The notes under the pieces were generated by a model that worked only from the letters and a program-made list of their open reading frames with translations, was not told the DNA's origin and ran no database searches. Below, in pieces: positions 25,639 to 37,142 of a DNA stretch of 64,000 nucleotides. Numbering within the stretch: position 1 is the first letter of the stretch; each line of letters begins with the position of its first letter. This DNA is from Kondoa subrosea (lineage: Eukaryota), in contig BCIN01000005.1 of the NCBI GenBank assembly GCA_039545335.1, positions 1,333,946 through 1,397,945 of the forward strand, written 5' to 3'. The position numbers and the translations under genes were made by a program.

Positions 25639-28635
25639 TTAGTTGAGCCATTGAGCTGTTGCAGCTCCTCCTTCGGGTAGTTTGACACGAGCCACTTCTC
25701 TAAATTTATCCCCTAACCAAGATACAACCATTACTTGACCAGTTTCCGAGCAGGTGAGTGAAAGGTAATCTTTGTCGTTGCATTGGAATGGTGCACTTTC
25801 TATAGCGTTCGCCCATCCACCCGAAGTAGGTGTCTGCCATATCTGTAGCGAAGTATCTGGACTCGATAGAAAACCATCTTCTCTCAAGGCATAGGCGGCT
25901 AAGTATCCTTTGGTGCTTTCCTTTAAACCTCGCGTTGATGCGAACAGAGTTGAAGGTATATCTGACTGCAGAGAGAGTCGCACTTCATCGGCCCAGAAGT
26001 CTTTCTCGTCCTGATCTGCAAACACTATATCAGCACGCCTAATTACAACAGACCAAACATACCTTCAGGGATGATCCGACAACCTTGCCGCCATTCTAGT
26101 CCATCAACGGTATGTTCGAAGACATCGACCATGCAGGAATGCTCTTGTAAGCTGTAGACGACTTTGCCGTTCGGATGCGGCCAGACCTGTTGCATCTTAG
26201 TTCATGCTCTGAAATTGACAAGAACGACCTACATGTCTTGGTCCGTCGTTACCTCGTGTTGCTGTGACCTTCTTTTGCGAATGAGTTTTGCCCTGCTCAT
26301 CGACTTCAAAGGTCCAGATACAATTCCGTCCACTATAGGATGCGCACTTAGCATGCGTGGGAATAAAGCAGTCCCTATGACTCACATGTCTGCAACGTAA
26401 AGCGTCTTTCCATCCGGCGAAAGGTCTGCTGAATGAGCGCCGTGTCTTAGCCCACCGAAATCCATCACGGAACCAGAATCTTGCTGTTGCGAAGGATCAA
26501 CGAAAGATAGAGATTGCTGAAGATCTTCCAATGCTCCTGTCTTTTGATTGATAGCGTATACTTCACCCGAGGCGCCACCAGCTGAGTAAGCTGAAGTCGC
26601 AGATACTGTAACATAACCAGAACGTGATGCAGTTGGAACGCAACTGAGAAGCTCTATTGACGGTATTCTATTATCATTGTTGATGTGATAGGAAGATAGA
26701 CTGGGTGGATTCGACCAGCATGTAGCGTAAAGATGAGTTTTCGCAGACTAGGCTGCATTAGCTCGAGCTCTGGATGTGAAGGTTGGAACATACGTTGAGT
26801 GCAAGCCAAGAATGAGATCCTTTAGCTTTATGCTGGGCAATGATATTTAGAGTTTCGGCTTCGTGATCGAATTCGAGCACTTTCATCGAAAGATCAGCTC
26901 GACATGGAACTAAAGAGCAAAGAAGCATACCATAGAGATGAGGACTATCGAATGTTCCAACAAGCATCTGATGTCGACTTGTAGGAGCATGAAATCCATT
27001 TGTCTGTCGTTTCTCTCTAGCAAAACAGAACGTTTATCAACATAAAATCCTTGCACAACGTCTGCACACATAGCCTACGAGACAAACTTGGAGATGAGAC
27101 CTCCCACTTCCGCTGGCGCTTCTACAGCCTGCCAGTGTCCTATTTCAGGTAATATCTCCACCTTGCAATTCTGGATCTTGGCTTTGAGCGAATTGAGTGC
27201 GCTTGGACTTGCCATTTGATCTTCCGCACCTCCTATGAGTAGTGTAGGAGCACTGATACTAGCATAAGCCGGATCTGTAGCTTCCGCCAAAGCATCGCAC
27301 GCAGCAATGTAAGCCAACGGCTGAGTGGATTTCACTAGCTCTTTGACTTGGTTGACCACTTTTGGATTGTTGGCCTTGGTGCGCTTAGATAGAGCTCCGT
27401 TTGCTACAGCTTCGGAGACGGGATCTATGCCTTTTGAGCGTATTGTGCTGGCGCGTGAACGGATATTGGCTTTGCCCGCTTCTGACATTTCTTGAACTCC
27501 TCCAACACAGACTAGAAACATTAAGCACAGGTAAAGAAGCAATATCAATACGCTCACTGAGATGCTTAATTCTTTCTGAATGTTCAGCTGCTACTTTCGC
27601 TACGACCATCTGTGGCAGAAAGATCAGATTTGCTTCTGATGAAGAATGTAAAACGTACCCCTGACATAGAATGACCAACAAGAGAAGCTTGTTCCAGATC
27701 CAAAGCGTCCATCAGATCAATAACATCCTTGCTCAGAGTTTCGATTGTAAGCGGGCCAGACAGAGGAGAATGACCATGTCCATCAAAGTCGACGAGATAG
27801 ATAGTATGTTTCTGCTTCAAGGAGCTTTGGAAAATGACTTCGTCCCAGTAGGTCGTATTCGATCCTAGGCCGTGCAAAAAGATAATAGCAGGACCGTTTC
27901 CCATTCTTCGTACATGCAATTTCTTGTTCGGCAGTTGAATCAAGGAGCTAATCTACTGATGAGAACAGAACTCGAGGAGAATAGTGAAACAGCAAACCTT
28001 TGGCAGCCAGGAGTTTGTTTCGGCATAGCTTTCGCCAGCTTGCCAGGAGTAGCGTCCTGAAAGCGTTAGTCAGCACAAGTAATCTCGATGTGTCACAGAT
28101 AGCTGACGAAGAAGACCTGGTAATGCTGCATTTTACGTGAATTAGAATCAGGAGTAAATTGCATCTGCTCGGGCAGAACATCAGAAGACTGGACTTGATA
28201 ACACTTCTGAGGAACTAACCCGAGCAGCAAAGTCTGTTCCATGTGCAGAGTGGCCATTCTCATAATCCAAATCTACTTGACCCAGCAAAATGTAATCGTT
28301 CGCTTTCCCTCCAGTTTCAGTTTGTGCTGCCGCAGGATACACTTGAAAGACGGTATGTTTCCGCTTGACTACTCCATGCCACATGGCTTTGCGCAGATCC
28401 GCAATCTTAGAAGCTGGTATTTCAGCATTGCCAAATTTGAGAATTGCACTATAATATTATCAACACCAGAGTCAGCAACCCTTCTGAGTGACGATGAACA
28501 TGTCAAAACGACAGACTTGGCAGTGAAACAGTCAATATAGGCTTGAGTTCCGTTTCTGTCATCGCTGATTACAAAAAAGCGAGTGATGAAGTCCAGTACT
28601 TCTGGGTCTAAATCTTTGGGGACTTTGATCACCAT
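25639..28635 (-). CDS. Predicted three-domain fusion: SnoaL/NTF2-like domain + 3-oxoadipate enol-lactone hydrolase-like alpha/beta-hydrolase + beta-propeller muconate cycloisomerase
   Basis: Exons 28635-28517, 28448-28220, 28164-28108, 28056-27998, 27947-27659, 27609-27558, 27511-27079, 27016-26931, 26879-26794 and further exons to the stop at 25639 stay in one frame using GT-AG introns. Hydrolase: HGLGS, GHSMSG, GAEDQMA, GHWQAVE. Cycloisomerase: VGTF, SHSWL, MDFGGLRHGAHSADLSPDG, DGPRH, LQEH, FWADEVRLS, TPTSGGWANAI. Domain identities are more certain than the single-transcript model. Confidence 0.75.
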
Positions 28636-28891
28636 GTAGCTGTTGATTGACAAAAGAGAGAGATGTCCACGATCAGGACTGTCCAGTCAGCACGGCACGT
28701 GAAGTAAGATTTGCCAATTTAAAAGAGGGGAGTGGACAATAGATGGACGCGGAGATCCGCCGGTGAGTCACGAACACGAACGGCAAGCAAAGGCATCAGT
28801 ACCAAGTATTATGTGCTATCATTGATATGGACATGGTTACTGGAAGAAAATTCACAGGCAGAATCATGTTGCCAATCGAGCCAATCTTGAA

Positions 28892-31388
28892 TCAATATAA
28901 GTCACCCTCACTGTCCATCAGGATATCTCCCTCGCAATCACTGTCTCTTCCTTGAGCAAAGCTTTCTTCCTCTTCCGAATCTTCTTCTGGATGCAGATAC
29001 GGCAAAGGAGACGGCAAGCTGTTTTCACCCTCTTGCAGCCTTGCGAATCTCCGTTCTTCATCAATGGCTTCTTCATCAATCGCTTCAATATCACTGTACT
29101 CAACCATGTCATCTTGCGCTACATCCTCTTCTGCTTCTAACCCTGCCAGGTATTCAGCTTCCGTTTCGCCAAGAACTTCATCTTCTGGTTCTCTTTCGAG
29201 ATAATCTCCTGCTTCTGAGACTGGTGGCGAGTAAAAGACTGGTTCCCCGTATATGAATTCTTCCTCTTCTCTCCCAGACGTTTCCTCTTCTTCTGATTCT
29301 TGTATAACTCTTCTAGCAGGTCTTGCATCACCAAGATATTGGATCTCGTCCTCTGCTTCGTCATCATCATCATCAGGGATGATGACTCTTCGTCTACGAG
29401 GAGCAAGCGGTTCGTCTTCATCGCTGTTTTCTTCTTCGTCACTTGCATAGACATCACTTGCATAGACAGAATGCTGGACCATCTCTCCTCCTCTGCTTAG
29501 ATGATGAAAAAGTGTCTCTTCATCGCTTGCACTTCGTTCTTCACTTCCAGATTCGTCCGGAAAGTCACGAGTCAGGTCACGAAGATCAACGCCTTCTGAT
29601 CCTTCTTCTTCTTCGGACCCTTGTCCAGACGCTGAAGCATCGCTATGCGGGTGATTGTATGATAGAGTACGACTCGGTACTCCTCGCAGCGTCCCGCGTG
29701 GTGGACCGGAAATTTCTGATCCTTCCTCTTCAGAATCGGAAGTGGGAATGCGTCGGTTGATAATGGATTGATCTTGAGTTGAATTGACAATGAAATCATC
29801 CAATTCGCTGTCTTCCTCTTCTTCATCTTCTGATCGGATCTCAAGATTTTGTCCTCCTGGAACATCATCTGGGAAAAGATTATCTCCTTCTGAGAAATCT
29901 GCTGCAGCATCTGAATCATATTCCATCCCGCTATGAAAGGGAAAGTAGCATAAGAGAACGAGCCCAAAGCAAGAGGAAACAGGACTGACCAATTTCCGCA
30001 TACACCATCTTCAACTTCCCAATGACAATTCATACACCGATTGACACCATCTTCCAAATCTCGCAAGCCTCGCCGAACAGCTTGAGCATAAGTAGTTCTC
30101 CGATCGTCCATGTCTTGAAAGATACCCTGTAGGAGAAAACACTGATTGAGCTGCGAAACACAGCTAATCAAGCGAATCTCGTACATTCCACTCATCTCCG
30201 TCCACAGCTGTGGCTCTAGCGGGACTCTTGGTGATCGCTCTTTCCTCTTCACCACCTATAAACAATAAACCACCAGCTACTTCCTGTTGCCTGATCCGCG
30301 CAGTCAAATCGCGAACGACAAAGACAGGGAAAGGTCGAGTAGTGATTTTGTGACGGCAAGAAGGACACTCAATCTTCAAAGGAGTGTCGGAAGTAGTTGC
30401 TATTTGGTTCGAGTGCGAAAAGCAGTCTTTCAGACAACCTCGACAGAAGACATGTCCGCAAGAGAGACTATAAGTGCACGCAATGACAAGTTAGCCGTAT
30501 CCACAGCAGAAATGTGTGCGAGACTCACGCTAGAGGATCGGTGTAGGTTGATAAACAAATTGAGCAATTCAAAGCTTCTTGGGTGAAGGTAGTGATTATT
30601 CTATGAGCATTGAGCAATTCATCCTTGAAAGCTAGTTCCAGCTTGAGCCTCTCGATTTCTTGTTTAAGTGCATCAGATTGTGTACCAGCTGCTTCCAAAG
30701 GCGAAGTAGGAGCAATTACTGCTTCTGTAACCACAGCTGTAGTAACGATCTCTAAACCAGGAGAGGATTCGACACATCCACCCCAACCTGGCGCTTTGCC
30801 TTTGCCCTTGTTCTTCTTCTTGCGCTTCTTTTGAGCTGAAGTAGGCTTAGAATCAGAATCATCAACAGGTGTAGCATCTTTCGAAGGAGCGTCATTGTTC
30901 ACAGCAAGAAGAGGAGCCGAAGAATCGACAGTCACCACCGCATCCGCTTGAATAGGTTCATCCTGGTCGAATTTGACAGTAGCAGAGTAGTCCTCGATAA
31001 CCTCAGTTTTGGTCTTCTTGCTCTTTTTGCCCTTCTTCGCTGAGACTGGCCCATCAACGAAGAGTATCGAGGCATCCAAGTCTTGCTCAGGTTCTGGCTT
31101 GACCTGTTCATCTTGCAAAGTAGCAGATGATTGAGCGCTCAAATCGCGTTCCTCTGCATGTATTGCCTCTGAATCAGACTCGACTTTTGCTGCAGCACGT
31201 TTCCTCTTCTTTCCATGACCAGAAGATTCAGGTCGAGCATGAGCTAAGATGGGATCATAAGATTGTCTTGAAAAGCTTCGTCTAATGCTGCGTGAAGCGC
31301 TTCCAGAAGGGCTACCATGCTTCTTATACTTCTTGGCTGATCCACTGGCTTCAGCTAAAGCTGCTAATTCGCGTTTCCTTTTGCCCAT
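28892..31388 (-). CDS. C3HC4 RING E3 ubiquitin ligase with long acidic tail (Psh1-like)
   Basis: CSIC..CGHVFCRGC..CPSCR RING across an intron; DLEDGVNRCMNCHWEVEDGVC motif; E/D-rich C-terminal ORF 28892-30001. Confidence 0.75.
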
Positions 31389-31508
31389 GAACAGATTTGG
31401 TTCCAGGTCAAGCTTAGGTGTTTCAAAATATGCAATGGGTACAGATCATACAAGTGTTGTTCAATAGCTTACAACCCCGCTAGTCCCTTTGACGCGTTCA
31501 GAGCTGAA

Positions 31509-33184
31509 TTACAAGTCCTCAAATGGCAAACAAATAACTTCGTATATCTTCTGCCGAAAGCATTGCGAGCTATTGAATCTCACGTCAGGCTGAAAGGAGA
31601 GAAGAAAGGAAAGCGACTCACATCTACTAGCCGGAGAAAGACTTGAAACGCGCCTACAACATCAGCTGAAGCATCTGCATTCGAGCTCGAATTAGCAAAA
31701 CAAGTCCACGTCAAAGCTTCTCTATGAAAGACTCACAGTCGAGCTGCCTATCCGACAGATCTTTATCCTCCCAACTACTCTTTTGCTCTCCTTTATCCAT
31801 GTATAGTTCCATATAGCGCGCTATCAAAGATTGCAAGCTGATTCGGTTTTGAGGTAAACCCAAAGAGGTGAAATGAGGTGTATCGACGGCAAAGGCTAGT
31901 TTCTGGAGCTCCAGAAGACCTCGAACGGATTGAATGAGATTTGGGAAATCGCGATGAAGTTTTCGAGCGTCGCCTGTTATATTGACTGCAAATCAATGTC
32001 AGCTATATTCATCTGATAGAGAAAAGTAAAATCATACTCACCTCCTACTTTGATGAATGTCTCATCTTCTAGAAAATCTACGAGACATTTTGGCAGAACT
32101 ATCTCACACTGTTCAACCAGATGTATACGAAGCAGCAAGAGTAGACGCACCATCCTCTTTCTTTTGCGAGACAGAGAAGATAATTACTAGAGACTTTGTA
32201 CCAATTTGAACAAGCGCAGTCCGATGTTGTGATTTCCTATCAAAACACCATTCCATATCGAAACTGCATTCCTTTTCTTTTCGTTCTTTCAACAACTCCA
32301 AAGCTTTCTTCAATTCATTCGGATCAGAAGTAAAGATCCTTTGACTTGGTGCACGAAATCGACCTTTCCCATTAGAGTTGTTCCAAGTAAAAAGAGGGAA
32401 TTTCTTGCTTAGTTTCTCGTTTCGTTCTTTATCTGCTAAATGTTTCGCTATCTTTGCAGCTCGAATATCCTTGTAATCTTTCTTTGGTTTAGTATGCTTG
32501 GTTTCGGGTTCTTCTAAAAAGCTGGATTGTACTTTTAAAGGCTTAGAAGATGAAGATTTCTCGATCTTTGTGACTTTTGCATTGACAGTTTTGACCTTAC
32601 TAGTTGATGCCACTGGAAGAACGGGTTTAGCAAAGATATCGTCCCAGGAAGCGGTTTTCTGAGCAGGTTGACGAGCAGCTAAAGGGCCAACGACTCTTCT
32701 GGCAGGTCGCTTCTCTTCAGGAGAGGAAGATAAATCAATGATAGACCGATCTTCTTGAGAACAAGAACCAAAAGTAGCTCGAGCAGATGAGATCTTTCTA
32801 TGCGGTCGGCGATCTCTCTTGAGTCGAGACATAGGAACGTTGATGTCCGGTAGATGATCGTCATCGCTTGATTCCGATTGAGGTACAGGAGCTAGGGAAC
32901 CTCGTTGAGCGCAAGTGGAATGTCTACATGAAATGAGCATGGCAATTCCACGATATAAGATCGGGTACTTACTTAGGCATTCTTTTGCGTGGGATCCTGA
33001 GTATAGGCGTTGCAGTATTAGTGTTCTCGCTACTGGACTCTGACTGGGACGGTTTCATCGAACTAATCTTGATCGGTTTGCCTCTGTTGTTCTCGCCGTA
33101 AGTGGATCAGTATCGAGCACCAGGAAGGCAGACTCACGGCTGCCAAGCACTACTTGACCAGGTTGTCTGTACAAGAGTGACCAT
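31509..33184 (-). CDS. DEDDy 3'-5' exonuclease (WRN-exonuclease-like, no helicase)
   Basis: CSFDMEW (ExoI), TALVQIG, LPKCLVDFLED..IKVG/VNITGDARKL (ExoII), SSWE..LSDRQLDYASAD (ExoIII). An in-frame 5' exon chain runs from ATG 33184; the 3' end is approximate. Confidence 0.75.
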
Positions 33185-33773
33185 CGTGCGCTCAAGAGGA
33201 GAGGAGAGAGAAAGCTTCGAGATTAGATGTTGTGGTAAAACCTACAAAAAGGCAAGAGAGCAGAATCATTCAAAGGCTTTGGCACGCCAGTAGACAGAGG
33301 CGCTTGAAGTAGCACTCTGTAGTGAGCTCTTCGGAGTTATTGACACGGGCTTTCCGCCCAGATGATTACATAAGCAAGCCTACCTCTGCAATAATTTTCG
33401 CAAACTCTTCTTTTCCTCTCAAATTGTATCCGCGTTCTCATTTATTGTAGCAGCCTGATTCAGCCACCTTCATCGGGTTGCTCTATATTGAACGCAAGAG
33501 CAAAGTAGTGCATCGCTAGCTGGAGAGCGTTTAGGGTCATCTGTCTTCAAAGTAAGGCAATGCATGGGCGTAATTTCCTTACCAGTGGTGCAACAATAAT
33601 TACTTTGAAACTTCTCTCTGCTTGCTTTCGACTTGTGCACTCGCCTTTGCTCTCAAAGCTGCTGCACGCCTGTTGACATTAAACTATTTCGAAGCATTAA
33701 TTATACCTGTACTTGAGATATCGCTGGCCACAGCAGTGAGAGCTCTTGCATACCCCCCTTGCGCATGTGAAAC

Positions 33774-36412
33774 ATGGCAGAACCGCTCGCTCTGGAGCCT
33801 CAATCCATTCGAAAGCTTTCGGAAGAGACTGTCAACAAGATAGCTGCTGGTGAAGTGCTGCAGAGACCGGTTAATGCTGTGTAAATCAATTCTGAACATG
33901 CTCACCACTGCAAGAGCTCATGCTTTTGTCTCCGTTAGCAAGGAATTGCTTGAAAACGCATTGGATGCCAAATCGACACGCATACAGATTACATGTCAGG
34001 AAGGCGGACTCAAGCTTTTGTCTGTCCAAGATAACGGTACAGGCATTCGGACTGAAGATCTTCCTATTCTATGCGAACGTTACACGACGTCAAAGATTGG
34101 CAAGTTTGAAGATTTGTACTCTTTGGGCACTTATGGATTTCGAGGAGAAGCATTAGCAAGTATCACTTATGTCGCTCATTTGGAAATCAGAACTCGCACC
34201 AAAGATAATCCAGCTGGTGTTTATGCTGAATATGCGAACGGTCAATTCAAGCTGGACAAAGCTACAAATCAGCCTATGAAGCCTAAATCAGTCGCAGCTC
34301 AAGTTGGTACAATCTTTACTGTATGTCTAGAAGCGTGCTAAGATATGGCGTAAAGCTATAATATGAAATGACTGACCATGCGATTCAGGTTCGAGATCTC
34401 TTTGCCAATATTCCGCAGCGTCGGTCAGCGTTTCGTGATGGAGGGAGTGATGAATACGTTCGCATCCTGGAAGTCGTTCGCAAGTATGCGATCCACAATT
34501 CTGGCATTGCAATCAGCTTAAAGAAGGTTGGAGCCAAATCTTCCGATCTGTCAACAACCAACAATGCTAGCATACTGGATAATATCTCAGTCATCTATAA
34601 CGATGCAGCTCTACGAAGAGAACTGGTTCCTTTCGAGATCAATGAGCACGCGGAATGGCACTTTTCAGCTAAAGGCTACTTTTCCAGCTCGACTTACAAG
34701 AATAAGAAGACCAAATTCCTGCTTTTCATCAATAGTTAGTCTTCTCGCATGATGATCAGCTCGATTTGCTCATTGAGAGACCAAAGATCGCTTGGTTGAT
34801 TGCAAACCTCTGTACCAAGCTATTGATGCAATGTATAATCTACTTCTAGCTAAAGGCAATCATCCTTTCGTCTACATCAGCCTTCAGATCGACCCAAAGA
34901 ACATCGATGTTAATGTTCATCCAACCAAATCTGAAGTCTTCTTTATGAATCAGGAAGAAATCATCCAATGTTTAGTGGATAGCTTGAGCGAAGCTTTAAC
35001 AAGTCGTGGATCTGGACTACGGTTCGATATCGCTGTTTCAGATAAAACTCAGCAACCTTTACTCTCATCTACGCAAATCGGAGACCAAGATATGGAGGAA
35101 TCGGAACAGTCGCAAGTCATACAAGAAGATGAAGAAATGTTAGAACCCGAGCCATTTTCGACGACAACGCAGAGGAAGGCGTCCACTACTAGTCAGACTA
35201 CTTTTCCCTCTACTCAAATTCAAGTACCAAAAACTTTCAAAGTCCCAGCTCAGAAACTCGTCCGAACAGATGCGGCAGATCGAAGTCTCGTTTCCATGTT
35301 TGGTTATGCTGCAAGTCAGAAACCAGAGACACAACCTGCGCCAACCCCTGCAGTGAAGAAGAAAGGTGTCATCGATCTGGCTTTGAGTGGTGATGAGGAA
35401 GAAAGGCCAACGAAAATACAAAAGACTAGTCATGGACCGATCAAGTTTTCCGCTTGCAAATTGACTAGCGTTCTTCAACTAAGAGCTCAAGTTACCGCAG
35501 ATCGACACAATGGTAATCGCTCACTGACCGAGTATCGCCTGCCATTTTTGACTTGGTTTTAGCTCTAGATGCGTTATTCAAGAATCACGTTTTCGTTGGT
35601 TTGGTAGGACCGGATAGTCCTCTTTCTCTCCTTCAGCACGATAAAGGTCTCTATCAAGTTCATCACAGCGCAGTGGCCGAAGAACTCTTCTATCAACTTG
35701 GGCTGCGGAGATTTGGTAAAATGGATAAGCTGGAACTCGATCCTGCTCCTGCTTTGACCAAATTGGTTCGATTGGCTGTCGAAGATCAAGATGATGGTCA
35801 TCGTGGCGGTAGATCAGTGGAAGAGATCGTTCAGGTCTGTCAACCCATGGGTCGCTTGAAAAGAATCGGGAAAAGCTCACTTCAGGTTTGGAAACCAGAT
35901 CGTCTCCAAGAAACTTGTCAATCATCGAGATATGTTGGATGAATATTTCTCTTTGGGCATATCGGAACGAGGCCGTATTACCAGCTTGCCGGAATTGCTG
36001 CCTGATTTCAATCCTGATTTGACAAGATTGCCATTATGTGAGCATGGAAGACCAGGCTATATAGTCTTCGCTGATGGCAATATCAGTTCTGTTGCGTATA
36101 GCGGTTCAGGTCAGTTCCTGTCGATCTGAAGGTGATGTAACCTGAAATTGTGTTGTACAGCTGGACTGGACAGACGAAAAAGCCTTCTTCCATGGTTTTC
36201 TACGAGAACTTGGCTACTTTTATGCACCTTACATTCTCTCTGGTCTCAAAGAAGCGGGAGTCAATTCACCTCAAATGGTTTGGCAAATCGAACATATACT
36301 CTTTCCGAGCTTCAAAAAATATTTGGAGCCGCCTGCGACTCTGGCTAAAGACAAGCGAGTGATGTTGCTCACTACTCTACCTACTCTTTACAAGGTTTTT
36401 GAGCGATGTTAG
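33774..36412 (+). CDS. MLH1: DNA mismatch repair protein MutL homolog 1
   Basis: [58 protein letters not shown], and the diagnostic C-terminal LYKVFERC*. Confidence 0.97.
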
Positions 36413-37142
36413 GTAATTTTTTTTTTCCATAGTCTTTGAATCTCTAAATGGCGAAGAAAGTATAGGTACGTCAATCGCGCTGATTTGCCTTGCCTCGCTG
36501 AGGGTCTAAATGGTACACAGTCTAGATAAAAGCACTGCCACGGATGTCGGGTTCTTGCATCTAAGCTGTTTCTACGGCGAGATTCTCAAAGAGGCGCTGA
36601 GGGTTCACTGCTGTAGAATGATACAATAGAGCACAGTCCAGAAAGGCTGCACACTTTCGGCTCTTCTCGCCGCTTGATTTCAAAGACTTTTAAGAAGCAT
36701 GACAAGGTCGTCTTGAACCGCCTCAACTGCACTTGAAACAGACCAGCTCCGCCTGCAGAGAGATACCCTAGGCCTTGATATTCCGCCTAGCACGTCAGCG
36801 CAGCTCGAAGCATCCTTTGTGTCAGCTTCACATCGGTCACCAGTCTTACGAACTTTGCTTCTCTTCTGTCTTTCTGGGTCAGCAGCGAAGAGCAGTAACA
36901 GTTCGTGCAGGCTTACGGACCATAGCCCATCTGCCCTCAAGATCTCTAGCAAGCAAAGCGCTGACTTTTGACTTTGCGACTTTCTCTTGTACGAAGTATC
37001 GGTCCGCAGTAGGCAAGCGGACTAGCAGAAGCGGTCTCCGGGAGTCAAAGAGCGCCTTTTCCGCCCATCCAGGCTCATCAAGTCAAGCGACGTTGATCAG
37101 TGTATCTGCATTCGCCTTTCTTCCGATATCTACTCTGCTGCT

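Noticed and set aside
33310..33360. C(TTCG)G hairpin and GGGC..GCCC hairpin between the exonuclease and MLH1, suggesting a structured ncRNA
   Set aside because: No RNase P/MRP, snRNA or SRP conserved motifs recognised; short stems are compatible with chance in promoter/UTR sequence.
31509..36412. Head-to-head WRN-like exonuclease and MLH1 as a DNA-repair gene pair
   Set aside because: Adjacency alone is weak evidence in such a compact genome; no shared motif seen.
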